This document shows positions 51,606-64,000 of a stretch of 64,000 nt of DNA, one piece after another; positions within the stretch are counted from its first letter, which is position 1; each line of letters opens with the position of its first letter. Source of the stretch: Lama guanicoe (Eukaryota); assembly GCA_013239625.1 (NCBI GenBank), contig MU053561.1, forward strand, positions 5,878,439-5,942,438, read 5' to 3'. The position numbers and the translations under genes were made by a program. Below the pieces are notes generated by a model. The model made no database searches, was not told where the DNA came from, and was given only the letters and a program-made list of their open reading frames with translations.

Positions 51606-54600
51606 TTCTTCCTCCAAATGTTTATTTTCTTGAGGAAAATATTGCATGTCTCCATTTTTATTATCAAGATTCAATTTGGCCCTTGCTGATATTAAATCAT
51701 TCAGCTTAAGTGCTTGGGATTTGTGTACATGGTTTGTTTTGATTTTTCTCTTTACCTCTTTAAAGCAGGTAGGAGAGGAATTTTGAAACTACCTTTCTGA
51801 AAGCAATTTGAAACCAGAGTAGTTAACCTTAAGGATACAATGAAAACTCCCTTTCTGTGACCAAGTGTCATGGCAGATGGAGGAAGAATTTTAGGGGAGG
51901 AGCCTGCTGTGATGTTGGCAGGCTTGGCTCCAGTTTGGACTCTGCCATTTTCCATGAACCTAACCTCTGTTCCTCTTTCCCCTTCTATAAAAATGAGAAT
52001 CTCTACTCTACTGTCAGTTGAATAATACAAGTAAAAAAAAGTGGGGGGAAAAAGTAAACCAGTTGTATAGGATTGCTTTCCCCATCCCAGGTGTCAAGCT
52101 ACATCTATAAGACCCTGCTTAGTCTTTTTTTCATTAGTTAATCTTGTTTTTGAAGTGGGAGTTTTTTGGTGCAGATTGACCACCACCTCTTGGAAGGAAG
52201 GGTTCTGAAGTTGCTGTATTCAGAAGCAAAGGTTAAAAACTGGTTCAAGGCTGGATTAAACCTTTTATCACCCTGTCCAACGCTGACTTTCTCCCACTGA
52301 AGATACCGGCTTAGGGGATTTATTCAAGATGAGTTTTGGTAACAGAGCCAACACTAAAACTCAGTAATAGGCCTAGTCTGCCATCTACTCCTTGTAGCTA
52401 ATCCTCTCTGTGTTGCAGTGTTGTGTTCAACACTGGATGCATCTGGGCTTTCTGACTGGGCAGTCTGTTATCCCTTGCTCCACAGGAGGTCTGACTAGAC
52501 TTAAGTTTTATTTCAGTGACACACTCTCAGCGACTGCTCTGAGAAAATAGATGTATGCATAGAGTACCCACCTATCTTTGCTTTCCTCTGTCCCACACCC
52601 TCTGTCTCTGTAAGTCACAGAGAGAGCATACAGTTCTTTAAGTAGCTGTGCCCAAAAAGGCTTGGGAGTCTTCAAGGGTACATTCTGAAACAGCCTCCTG
52701 ATTCAAAACTGGACAATTATTTAAGAACCTGATAGGTTGGACAGTGTCTGGTGATCATGGTAAGATGACCATATTTACATATGTCAATATTAATCCTGTA
52801 TTTTAAAAAGGAAAAAAATTGTTAAAAGCCACTTAATATTTTTGTATGAGCCAGTGTTTTGTTATATTGAATTTGAGATTGATTGGTTTTAATAATCAGG
52901 TCAGGCACTTGAAGAAAGAGGTTAATAATAGACTTGTGCCATTATGAAAACCTGATAGGAAATGACAGCCAAGCTTGCCTGGCTTATCCAAATGTGAGCA
53001 ATCACACCACACTGCTTCAGATTTTAGATGCACGCAAAGAGGTTTCAAGTACATCATTCCTGAAATGTGTTGTTCTAGCTTTAGGGTTTTAGATTCAGTC
53101 AGCCTTTCCTCCATTTAGTCTGGACCATAGTGACAAAATCATTCAAATGAGCGTGACTGGTAGAGTATTTTTCTCCTGCTGTGAACAGTATTGATTTACT
53201 TACTTTTGGCTGACTTTATCACCTTCACTTCCTAAAGCTAGCATAGGAATCATCACAGCCTGCTGGTGCTTAACACAGTAGGTGGCCTGGGTTCAGACAG
53301 AGGCTGAGTGACTTCACACCTAAGCATCAGGTGTTTTCTTCTGTAAGGTGTTAATAATGAGTGCCAACCCCCTGAGGGTTGTCATGAAGGCTAGTTGGGA
53401 CAGCTTCTGTTAAGCAAGGGCTTAATAAGTGTAAGCATCTGACTACTGAAAAAAAAAAATCAAAGAAAAGTAATGTTAGGGAAAAAATTGAGCTCTTCTG
53501 ATTCCCAAGGTGGGTAGATCCTTACTTTCAGAGGATAGTGTGGGAGTAACATAGATAAGAATATTAATGAAATGATCAAACTCTCCTTTTTGATCAGATC
53601 CTCCTTTTAGTCTTACAAATGGAATGGTCTATCTTTGGTAATGAATGGATGAAATTAACAACTCATGAGGTTGGTGCATATATGTCCAGCTCTTTGATTA
53701 AAATGGATTTGAATCCCAAAACCCTTGCTCTTGGTACTCTTCTTAACTGTTCACTGCCTCCACAGGGAAGAGACACCCCTCAATATTTGTGATGATTTTA
53801 AAAGAGAAGAAACATAACTGGTAACCAATCATGATTAAAATTCTCTTTCCCTAGCAGTGTTCTTAAATGTAAACTGAAAGATGGATGAGGTTTCTATTTT
53901 TCCCTACATTGATAATTGATTAAAATTATCATCACTTGGTGGCTGAAAAAATTGTTACAGCATGTTGGCAAAGCAGTTTCATAGTATGTGTCAGATACCA
54001 TGAGTTTACATCTTTTCCCTAAGAATTCCAGATTTGGAATTTATATAAGAGAGTTAGGTGTCTTTGAAATTATCAGTTTCTTTGAAAATTTCTAAAATGT
54101 ATATCAATAACTATTTAAATGGATGACTATGAAGTCCTTATGATATACACATGGCACAATGTTAAATGACAAAGCAGAATGCAAACCACCATGGTGTGTG
54201 TGTATTCATAATACATATGTACACATGCACAGGGGATAAAGGATATATGCAAATATACTAGGCATTTTGTAAGCATGGTAAAATTAGAGGTAATTTTTCT
54301 ATATTTTTCTATATTCTAAATGTTGATGTAATTGTTACTTTTATACTGAAACAAAATAATGAAGCACATACTTCTGGTTTACAAAGAGGAAAAAACAGTA
54401 CATTTGATCTAGAAGGGTTTGGCAAGAGACACATGACTCCTAAGAAAATGAAGCTGATGATTATTACAAACAGGTTTCTTTTTTTTTTTTTTGGCTTCTA
54501 CAAGAACTGCATCTGGTAAAAGGGGGGTGAATAAAATGGAAGTCAACAGCACAGTGGTCTCTAGGCATGATTTTGCTGGTGCTGGACAAAGCTGTGGAGT

Positions 54601-56789
54601 ATAGAGTCCACAGCCACCTGTGGCAACCACTAGTGACTCCTTCCTGATACAGTCAGTGCTCCTGGGGACAGCATTCCTGTGGTTCCTCTTTTGATCATTA
54701 TTCAACTACAGGTAAATATTTAACTCAGGAAGCCAGAGCATTCTGCACTTACCCACGTTAGTTACAGTTGTCAGACGTTATCTTACTGAGATCAGCATCC
54801 AAAAAAAAAAAAAAATATGATGTCACAAAAAGAATTTGCTTGTTTGCACAGCTATCATTTGTTTATTTACTAACAGGTATTTATTGGACCCTTACAGTTC
54901 CCAAGCATTGTTCTGGGCTTTGAGAATCTAGCCATGAACAAAATAATATATCTTTCCATGGATCTTACTTTCAAGTAGGGAAAGGCAATGAACAGTAAGT
55001 TTTAAGGAAAATGGTAGTATTCAGAACAGAGCAATGGATTTAAGATCAACCTTCATTAATTGGTTCATCTAACTAGTAAGTGCTGTGATGGTACAGCACG
55101 TACTAACCCAATCTAACCCAATCTCACGAGGGCCTTTGTTTTAGGACAAAAAGCATATCCTCTTGAGCAAGTTAATTTCTCTGAACCTCCTTGATAAAAT
55201 TATTGTGAGGATTGTGAATGTACACTGCATGCAGCTGAGTGCATTGTAGTATTGAACTCACAGTAGTTTTAAAAATTAAATAGTGTCATTTAAGTTATCA
55301 GCCAGAACAATAAAGAACAGTAATGCCTGTATAGCTCATCGGGGTGTACCAGGGCCTTTCAAGTATGTTCTATCTTCTGATTCATGCAAAATCCTGGGGA
55401 CATGGGTATAAATGAAAAACAATGATCCTTTAGCTGGGACTTCATCCTAGCAGGGCAGCCCCCTTCCCAACCCCTGCTGTCAGAAGCTTGCAAAGCGACT
55501 GCAGAGAGCTCAGTGGCTACAGCTGAAGGTTGTACTGGATGGCGGTTTAGAAACATACAAGAATGAAAAGTAGAATCCTGGTTAACTTTGGTGAGTAGAG
55601 ACCAGATCAATCACTTGCACCGAAGTGAGTAAAAGGGTCCTGTCTCCAGTGATTTCACAATCTGACTTACAATCCTTTTCCTTGGCTTTGGAATTCATAA
55701 TGTGATTTCTTCACTTGTGAGATTTCCTTTCCTAATATGCTTTACTGATTCCAGAATTAAAAGTTTGCATTTCCTGAGCTTACTCTGGCCTGGTCCCAAG
55801 AGGAAGTGGCCAGCATCCATTAAGAAGCCAGGAGGGGAACTGGGCTGGGATTAAAAATCACCTGGTGTGCTGACAATCTGTATGTGCATAATTACCAAGA
55901 GAAGGTTTATAATGGTTCATGTCATTGTGTTTAATTTTTGTTTTCCTATCTTTTTTTTTCCCTTGAAGCCAAAAGAAAAGGGCCCCTGTGTTTTTGTGTC
56001 AGGCCCTATTTACATATGCTTTTCAGAATGGGAGCTTTAGGGACTTTGGTAACAAGCCTTCAACTTTTAAATCCCAAGTGCTATCTTGTTTCTCATGCTG
56101 AGAATGAGCATGAACAGGCCTGCTGGAAACAGTGTTCTGAGCTTTGGGGGAGCTCCTAAACTACCTACACCCCAGCCCCTCCCCGCCTCTCCTCATTCCC
56201 ACCCCTACATACCTCATCAAGTGGCCCAAACTCCAGGACTGAACTGCTGTCCTGTTTCTCCTTCCCATGCCCTCCTTTTTCCTGCCACAGGCTTCCCTGT
56301 CTCTGCCCTCACTAGCTCCAATCCAGGCTCAACACTGCCGCCAAAATGGTTTTTCTAAAAAGACCAAATTTCTCAGCTGCTTTGATAACTTCAAATAAAA
56401 GAAATAAAGACAAAAATAGGAAAACTCATCTAATCACGTCACTCCCTCCTCTCCTTTGAATCCTGTAGTTTGAGGATAAAGTCCAAAATTCTTAGCCTGA
56501 CCCAGACGGCCCTTGTTGTTAGCTCTGCGGTCTTATCTCTCGCCCCAGTGCTCAGCCCACACCCTGCTCTCCAGCCCAACTGAAATTCTTAGATCCTTAA
56601 TTTCAGGTCCTTGTTACAGACATTCCTGCCCTCCTGCATGCTGACTTGTGCCTGGAAACCCCTCCCTCCTTTCTCCTCTGAGCCAATTCCTAATCATCCT
56701 TTGGAACTTGGTTCATGTCTCCTCTTAATGGAGGCCTTACCTGATTCCTCCTATTGTTTTTAACCACCTTTATGTGTTCGGTTAAGTTA

Positions 56790-57030
56790 AAGTATGAATC
56801 TTTGTGTCAAATACCAGGTCTCTGAATACAAACTCTAGATAGGCCACTGGGTGGCCTAGGTTCTTAAGCAAGTTATTTAACCCTCTAGGTCGCAGCTTCT
56901 ATATCTGTAAAATGGGCTAATAAAAGGACTTACCTTATAGGGCTGCTATGAGGATTAAATACGGCAACAACTATAAAGACCTTAGCATAGTACCTAACAT
57001 AATAAATGCTCAGGAAGTACTATCACCTTT
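56790..57030 (+). mobile_element. MIR SINE
   Basis: GCAAGTTATTTAACC...ATCTGTAAAATGGG...GAGGATTAAAT core. Confidence 0.75.
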
Positions 57031-57811
57031 GTCATGAATAGTTCTTACCACTGAAACGTAATTTTCAAAATGGTAAAATCATGACTCATGCAGAAATAAA
57101 ATTAACATGTTTATATAACTAATTAGTTAAGGAGAGAACCAGTAAGATTTTACAACTTTCAAATGAGAATTGGACTTATGAAAATTTATTCTCTACCAGG
57201 CAGAACTCATTTCTATTACCATGAAAAGGAATGATTTGCATCACACATGAGACAGCAACATTAGCCCTCTACAAGTTAACTTCCAGCCCTGCAGAGTTAT
57301 AAAGTAGACCAGCAAAAGACAATTAAATGTGCAGTCAGTTCCCTATAGAATCAGTCTAGAACCCTAGACAACTCAGCATTCTGCTGAAAGAATGCCCAGT
57401 GATCCTTTGCCCATTTTGAAGTCTTTCACAATTTTCCCTAGCACCACAGAGCATTGTACACTTTAGTTGGCTTTTCTAAACCCCTTCCAGACTGTGAGCT
57501 TCTTGAGATGAGAGGGAACAACATGCAAATTTGTTGAGTCCTTTTGGTTTGAGGGGCTGGGGAAGCTTCTGCAGGAGGTGGCATCTGAGCTACGTAGAGA
57601 AAGGGAAGGCTGCATTTCTCAAGAAGAGCATTTGAGAGAGCTGTGTGGGGCCATGGTAGAACCTACCAGCAAGTATGTGTTAAACACAGACCACGTGCCA
57701 GGTCGTGCATTAGGCTAGGAAGATAGGAAAGTGAATGAGAACTGGTCTCTGTTTTCATGAAGCTCTGTTTGTTGGGGGCAATAAAAGAAAATCAGTGATT
57801 ACAGCACAGTG

Positions 57812-58572
57812 TGATGAGGACCCTAAAATCCAGAGGGTGAATTTCAGGAACTCAAGTGAATTACCAGCAGTGTTTCGCAAGCCCAGGTACGATGAAAGGT
57901 CAGAGACAGATCCCTGCGGCCTCAGAGAAATGAATGAAAAAGTGTCTGTGTTCTACACCCATTGTCACATTCCCTCCCCTTCCTACCTTTTGGCTGGACT
58001 TTTGCTGGCAGACAGGTGGCAGTGGAGAATTAATGTCTGAGTCACCTCAAATCTCTAGGAATGTAAGTTCTCATAGGCACGGGCAACCCTGCAGCATTCC
58101 CCAGGCCTCACTTGGCCAACTAGCACGCTTAAAGTCACTGCGAAGACAACAGTGTTCACTTGCTGAAAGGCAGTGTATTGAAAGGTACTAATCAACAAAG
58201 AAACTCAGGAAAATGTGTTTTCCTTTGAAATGTCTCTATGAGGCAGGGAATATCTGATTATGCTTGTTACGTGATAGCACTCATTTGTTAAAATATAAAA
58301 GAAAGAAAGAGGCCGTTCTCCATTCTGAGTGAGATGGACCACACTCAGAACTAAACACCCACCCCCATGCCTCGTGGCCTCTCTGGCCTGAGATGGCCTG
58401 TACTCCATGGAGTATGTATCTCTCTGAATAAATCTACCTTCACTCTGCTATGGCTTGCTCTTGAATTCTTTGCTGTTAGAAATCAAGGACCCTCACTTGG
58501 CAGGGCATGTCCTAGGACTCAGCTGAGACCTGGGAAGCAGCCATCTTCTCACCCCACATTTTTCCTGTATCA
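57812..58572 (+). mobile_element. ERV (class I-like) LTR
   Basis: TGATGAGGA...TCCTGTATCA termini, TATAAAA 58294-58300, AATAAA 58427-58432, followed by a PBS-like sequence. Confidence 0.72.
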
Positions 58573-58579
58573 TCTTTTC

Positions 58580-58599
58580 TGGCAACCACACAAAGGGAC
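58580..58599 (+). other. Degenerate tRNA-Arg-type primer binding site
   Basis: TGGCAACCACACAAAGGGAC resembles the ERV9/HERV-W-group PBS TGGC(A/G)ACCACGAAGGGAC, 7 nt after the LTR end. Confidence 0.6.
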
Positions 58600-58600
58600 C

Positions 58601-60108
58601 ATCAAAGTAATGGGCCTCACAAAAACAGACACACAGATAAATGGAACAGGATAGAAAGTCCAGAAATTAACTCACACACTTATGGTCAATCTATGAAAAA
58701 GGAAGCAAGATTACACAATGGAGAAAAGACAGTCTCTTCAATAAGTGGTGTTGAGAAAACTGGACAGCTACCTGTAAAGACTGAAATTAGAAAATTCTCT
58801 AACATACACAAAACTAAACTCAAAATGGATTAAAGACCTAAATATAAGATCAGATATTATAAAAGTCCTAGAGGAAAACAGGCAGAACACTCTTGGACAT
58901 AAATTGCAGCAATATTTTTTTTGAAACAGCTCCTGGAGTAATGGAAATAAAAGCAAAAATAAACAAGTGGTACCTAATTAAACTTAAAAGGTTTTGTACA
59001 GATAAGGATACTATCAACAAAATGAAAAGATAACCTACAAAATGGGAGAAAATACTTGCAAATGACGTGACCAACAATGGACTAATTTCCAAAATACACA
59101 AACAGCTCATACAGCTTGATGTCAAAAAAACAAACAACCCAATCAAAAAATGCGCAGAAGACCTAAATAGACATCTCTTCAAAGAAGACACCCAGATGAC
59201 CAATAGGCAAGTGAAAAGATGTTCAACATCACTAATTGTTAGAGAAATGCAAATCAAAACTATAATGAGGTATTACCTCATACCAGTCAGAATGGCCATC
59301 ATTAAAAAGTCTACAAAAAATAATAATAGAATTAAAAAATTAAAAGTCTACAAATGATAAATGCTGGAGAGGATGTAGAGAAAAAGGAACCCTCCTATAC
59401 TATTGGTGGGAATGTAAAACGATGCAGCCACTATGGAAGACAGTATGAAGGTTCCTTAAAAAGCTAAAAATAGACTTACCATATGGTCCAGCAATCCCAC
59501 TCCTGGGCATATATCTGGAGAAAACTCTAATTCAAAAAGATACATACACCCCAATATTCATAGCACTATTTACAGTAGCCAAGACATGGAAACAACCTAA
59601 ATGCCCACTGACAGATGACTGGATAAAGAAGATGTGGTATATACATGCAATGGAATATTATTCAGCCATAGAATAAAATAATGCCATTTGCAGCAACATG
59701 GATGGACCTAGAGATTATTATATTGAGTGAAGTAAGTCAGAGCAAGACAAATATCATATGATGTCACTTATATGTGGACTCTAAAAATAAAGATACAATG
59801 TTTATTTACAAACCAAAAACAGACTCATGGACATGGATAACAAACTATGGTTACCAAAGGGGAAAGGGCGGGGAGGAATAAATTAGGGACTTGGGATTAG
59901 CAGACACACATTACTATATATAAAATAGATAAACAATGACTTACTGTATAGCCCAAGGAACTATATTCAGTTTCTTGTAATAACATAATGGAAACGACTC
60001 TGAAAAGAAAAAATATATATGTATATGAATAACTGAATCACTTTGCTGTACACCTGAAACTAATGTTGTAAATCAACTACATTTCAATAAAAAATTAAAA
60101 AAAAAAAA
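58601..60108 (+). mobile_element. 5'-truncated L1 (ORF2 3' part, 3'UTR, poly(A))
   Basis: ORF 59067-59357 [16 protein letters not shown]...[30 protein letters not shown] + poly(A) ending at 60108. Confidence 0.95.
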
Positions 60109-60427
60109 GGAATGAGCCTCAAAGGGCAAATATGAAAGAAAGAGTGAGTGAATAAATGAATGGAGACTCTTTCAGATGAGGCTCTGTCTCCTGAGAGCGG
60201 CTGGCCCACTGGCTTCCCTGCTCGGTGCCCTCAGATGTAGTCAGACACAGACTGGTGTTCTTTCAGTACTTGAAGCATCAGTCAACTCCTCTGGGTTTAC
60301 TTTTCTTCTCCCTGGACAATCCTTCGCCTCCCCTATACTTTTAGCTGCCTAACAGGAGGGAGTATGCGCAGGATGCTTTCAGGAACAGTCCATCTAAGTG
60401 CAGGCCATACTCTCCCTGTGAATTCTC

Positions 60428-60430
<3 letters not shown>

Positions 60431-60482
<52 letters not shown>
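60431..60482. repeat. (CA)26 microsatellite
   Basis: Read directly. Confidence 0.97.
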
Positions 60483-60486
<4 letters not shown>

Positions 60487-63222
60487 CCTCAGATGTCTGG
60501 CCGGCTCTCAGGCTCCATTCAACCCTGGGCCACTGATAAGAACAAAGCACCACAAGTTCACCAAGGTGGTGCCACCACGTCAGCCTCCTGACCCTGGTGA
60601 CACCGCCACCTCCCCATCCCCTTCTCGTGATTTTGCACTCATCACTGAAGTGTTTCTCCAAACACTGCTGACAGGCTCCAACGCTGGCAGGTGGCACCAA
60701 GATAGCCTGGGCTCTCTCAGCAGCCTCCCTGCCCCACACGTCCCCTACGGGCCAGCCCCGGCCTCGGGGTCAGTCCCCAGGAAGCTGAGCTGCTTGTGCT
60801 TCTCAGGAAGGAACAGACACCTTGGGAGTCTGCTCAGGACCTGCCACGGGAGTCAGCCCCGCCCACTGCCTGAAAGCCTCCGCCCACACCTGGCAACACC
60901 AACACATACTCACCCAGGCAAGATGCGCAGTGGGCTCTGGGCTCAGGAAGACCTGGCCCCACCATTCACTGGCTGTGTGGCTCTGGGAAGATCACTTTGC
61001 TTCTCTGTGCCTCAGTTTCCTCATCTGTAAAGTAAAATAAGAATGGTCGTATCAGCCAGAGTTCAGTGCTGGAAATAGGAACCAGTTGAGGTATTTTGAG
61101 CAGAAAGTGATTTGATACAGGGGATTATGGCTGGATGGCTGGATCGGGGAGGGGAGGAGGAAGGGCTGAGTCTCCAGAGGATCTGCTCCCTCGGCCTGGG
61201 CAGGAGAGGAAGGTGGGCAACTGGAGGTTGCCACTGGCACCCCTGGGTTCAGGACACACTGACATGGCTGTGATCCAGGGAGCAGGCAGGGCCTCTGCTG
61301 CTGCTGTGGGGGGTGGGGACCACACACTGGACACCACTGCAGGAAAAGATGCACATCTATCTGACCCTGCTGGCCAGAAGGGAGCAGCCAAAGCAGCAGG
61401 AAGGCAGCCTCTGGCTCCCTTCCACCTTCCAAACCCCATGTGAGGGTCTTCATGTTGGATCACAATATGAACCCTCTACTCCCAAAGGAGTTGGTCTGGG
61501 AGGTGAGGCTTTAGCTTCCTGCCTCCCAAGGGCAGCAGACAGGTGGGAACAGATCCTGGGTGCTACTCAGCCACCGGAGGATTAACTGCATGTATGACTA
61601 GAGGGACCCTCCCCAGTCTGGCACACAGCACATGCCAAACAAAGGTGGGCTCCGGCCAACACTGGTTATGGCTGCACGCCTGCCACGTGCCAGCACTGGG
61701 CCAGGTCCCGGGAGACCTGAAGAAGTGAGCCGGCTCCAGGAGGAGCAAAAACTGGGATCGCAAAGGCAAGCATCAATGTTGTAAAAGCCTGGGGAGCACA
61801 GGGAGCTGGGGGGGGCACCCAGGCCAGTCTTGGGGGTGAAGAGGGGAGGGAGGAAAGCGCCAGTTTCCCAGTACTACTGGTGTCTAACGTGAGGCCTAAA
61901 GAAGAACTAGAAATTAACCAGACTAAGCAGGAGGAAACAAGGTGTGTGTGCACGTGTGTCTATGAGACAATGCTAATTTCCACCCTGAAAGCATATACAC
62001 ATAGAAAACCCTCGAAGATAAAGGGTGCTTGGCATTTTCCACGAGAGGACAGTTCAGTCTGACCAGTGCACAGAGTGGTGGGTGGGGGTAGTGAGTAAGA
62101 AATGAAAGAGAGGAGAGCAGGAGCATGGAGATCTCATGGGGCTTTACATGTCATTTTTAAAATAATTTGAATTTTATCCTGTGGGCAATGGGGATGCATG
62201 GTAGAGTTCAAGCAGGGAGAACGCTCACCATTTTGGTCTCAGTAATATCACTTTAATGTGGTTTGTGCAGTCGGTTGGAAGTGAGAAGGATTTCAAATAC
62301 AATACTGCAGTGCTGGACTGGAAATATGGTTGCTGGGAGGAAGACAAGGGAAAAGGTAGAGCCGGTTCAAGGGAGTCTAGGAGGAGGCAGAGTGAACAGA
62401 GAGGAGTAGGAGCAGGGAGGAACCTGGGGTGGCTGCCAGGTTTCAAAGCAGGCACACCCGGAAAGGTGGGGCCCCATCAGCTCCTAGCACTTGGCCCTGG
62501 GTGGTGCCCACCCACAGGCTCCCCACCTCGAATTCTGGACTGAATTCACATGAAGTTCCTTCCCTCCCATCAACCTTATGGCCTGCACACAATTCAGTTC
62601 CAGCAATATTTATTGATATTTATTTATTCATTATTATTAAGCTACTATGTGCCAGGAACCAGGGAGGCTTCCCTCTGCCTCACCTAAGGGAGTTTCAACT
62701 GGATGCCTGAGAGGTTCTGGAGCAGGGAGGGATATGCAGGGAGAAGGGAAAGGCTGTGCACACATAGCCCGAGTTTAGGCCTCTCTCTTCCCCCAGCACT
62801 GGAGTAGCTTGACCCCTGATCTCTCATCCCCATGACAGAAAAGGTACAAGGGACATCAGCACAGCCTCAGTCAGAGCCCCTGGGCCCCCGCTTCTATTGG
62901 GGCAGACAATAGAGACAGGCAGCCACCCCTGGCCTCCTTCTGTGTGCCTTCTGCTGTGAGATCCCAGATGCAATGAGAGGCTCACCTGGGCCTTGCTGCC
63001 TGCCATCCCATGGACTCAGCCCTTACAATCAAGGAAGTTTTCCAGAGGCTCTCCTCAACTGAGACATTAACCCTGTTACTGTCTGGGTAACACAATAACT
63101 TCTTACCGATTCACTATCACAGGGCAGAAGCTCAGGCCAATTATAGGACTGCTTTTGTCACAGCCCGCAAGAGAGGCCTGGAGCCATCCCACATGGGTCT
63201 AGGAATTGGAGAATAATGATAG

Positions 63223-64000
63223 CGTTACTGAACCAAATTTGGGTCTTGTCGACTGAAATAAATGCAGTCTAAAAGTTGAGAATTATGTTTTATTTGCTGG
63301 ACGATTCTGAGGACTCGAGCCTCTCAGATCACTCTGAGGGACTGCTCGGAAGAGGTAGGGGAGGAGCTAGGATATATAGGAGTTTTACAATAAAGACCAA
63401 GCAGTTGGAACATTAAAAGGTTACTTGTTAAGTAAAGAAAACCACACAACTCAAGTTAAAGAATTTAGTGCTTTTCTGTGTATGGGAGGGAGCAAACATT
63501 TGGGCTCAATGAATTCGTTCCTCTGACAAGCACCTAGCCATCTAGGGCCAGTATCCTGGCCTTTGTTATTCTGAGTGCCCTCAGAGTGCACCATTGTGAA
63601 TGGCTGCAGAGGCTGGGCTGCAGGCTTGTCTTCACTGGGGGGTGGCGGGCAGCCGCTGATGACTTGATGGCTTCAGCATTCTTTGCTTATTGTTATGGCT
63701 TGCAGTATTTTTCGTTGTCTGCTCACCCAACACTCAGCAAAGCCAAATTACTGACAGTGGGTTGTGGTAAAGGAAAGCACAGCGCTTACTGCAGCTGTGA
63801 CCCAGCGAGGACAGGCGGCTCATGCTCAAAGGACCCTCACTGCCAGGTGGCTTTCAGGGAAGGGTCTTTAAAGGTAACATCTGAGATGAGGGTTGCGGGG
63901 TGCATGACCTTCCCGTTTGGTTGGCAGTGAGGTAACAGGGTGATATGTCAGGAATCTTAATCACAACCTTCTGGTTCTAACCGGTCTGGGATCCAGCAGT
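63223..64000 (-). mobile_element. Outer ERV LTR interrupted by the inner LTR; runs off the window
   Basis: CGTTACTGAACCAAATTTGGGTCT continues as GCTCACCCAACACTCAGCAAAGCCAAATTACTGACA...GGTTGTGGTAAAGGAAAG, resembling a laurasiatherian LTR terminus recalled from memory. Confidence 0.5.
63247..63716 (-). mobile_element. Solo ERV LTR (inner, nested)
   Basis: Starts TGTCGACTG. Minus-strand TATA (63373-63378) lies upstream of minus-strand AATAAA (63289-63294). Flanked by GTCT/GTCT. Confidence 0.6.

Noticed and set aside
55103..55124. 10-bp duplication TAACCCAATC x2 (also a ~15-bp one near 24714-24744)
   Set aside because: Ordinary slippage events with no further signal.
60555..60700. CTCF-like motifs (CCAAGGTGGTGCC, CTGGCAGGTGGCAC)
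   Set aside because: At least two mismatches to the core, so not supportable without PWM scoring or ChIP.
60341..62710. Cluster of 90-154 aa ORFs suggesting a second gene
   Set aside because: No recognisable domains or consistent exon structure. Explained by higher GC, a CA repeat and MIR/MLT/L2 fragments.

Overview
Mammalian genomic DNA, almost certainly camelid (camel/alpaca/llama), judged from seven tRNA-Ala-derived vic-1-type SINEs. The window holds one complete protein-coding gene on the + strand, SLC16A1 (monocarboxylate transporter 1, MCT1). It has a CpG-island/TATA promoter near 20.9 kb, a non-coding exon 1 (ends 21088), a 17.8 kb intron 1, four coding exons (38960-39176, 43406-43549, 46513-47382, 49792-50069; 1509 nt, 502 aa) and a ~1.5 kb 3'UTR with AATAAA at 51582. 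The rest is intron and intergenic DNA filled with L1, L2, MIR, SINE, LTR and DNA-transposon remnants. I see no CRISPR, no true tRNA/rRNA gene and no evidence of a new multi-gene system. The most notable observations are: an apparent compensated +1/+2 frameshift in MCT1 exon 4 that remodels the TM9-TM10 loop and creates an N-S-S sequon; a perfect 4 x 63 bp intronic tandem array; a tiny TSD-flanked retrocopy of an mRNA 3' end; an ERV LTR+PBS fused directly to an L1; a nested LTR-in-LTR; and an upstream GC-box/TATA/hairpin/AATAAA unit. Comparisons with orthologues and repeat families are from memory and need confirming by alignment.
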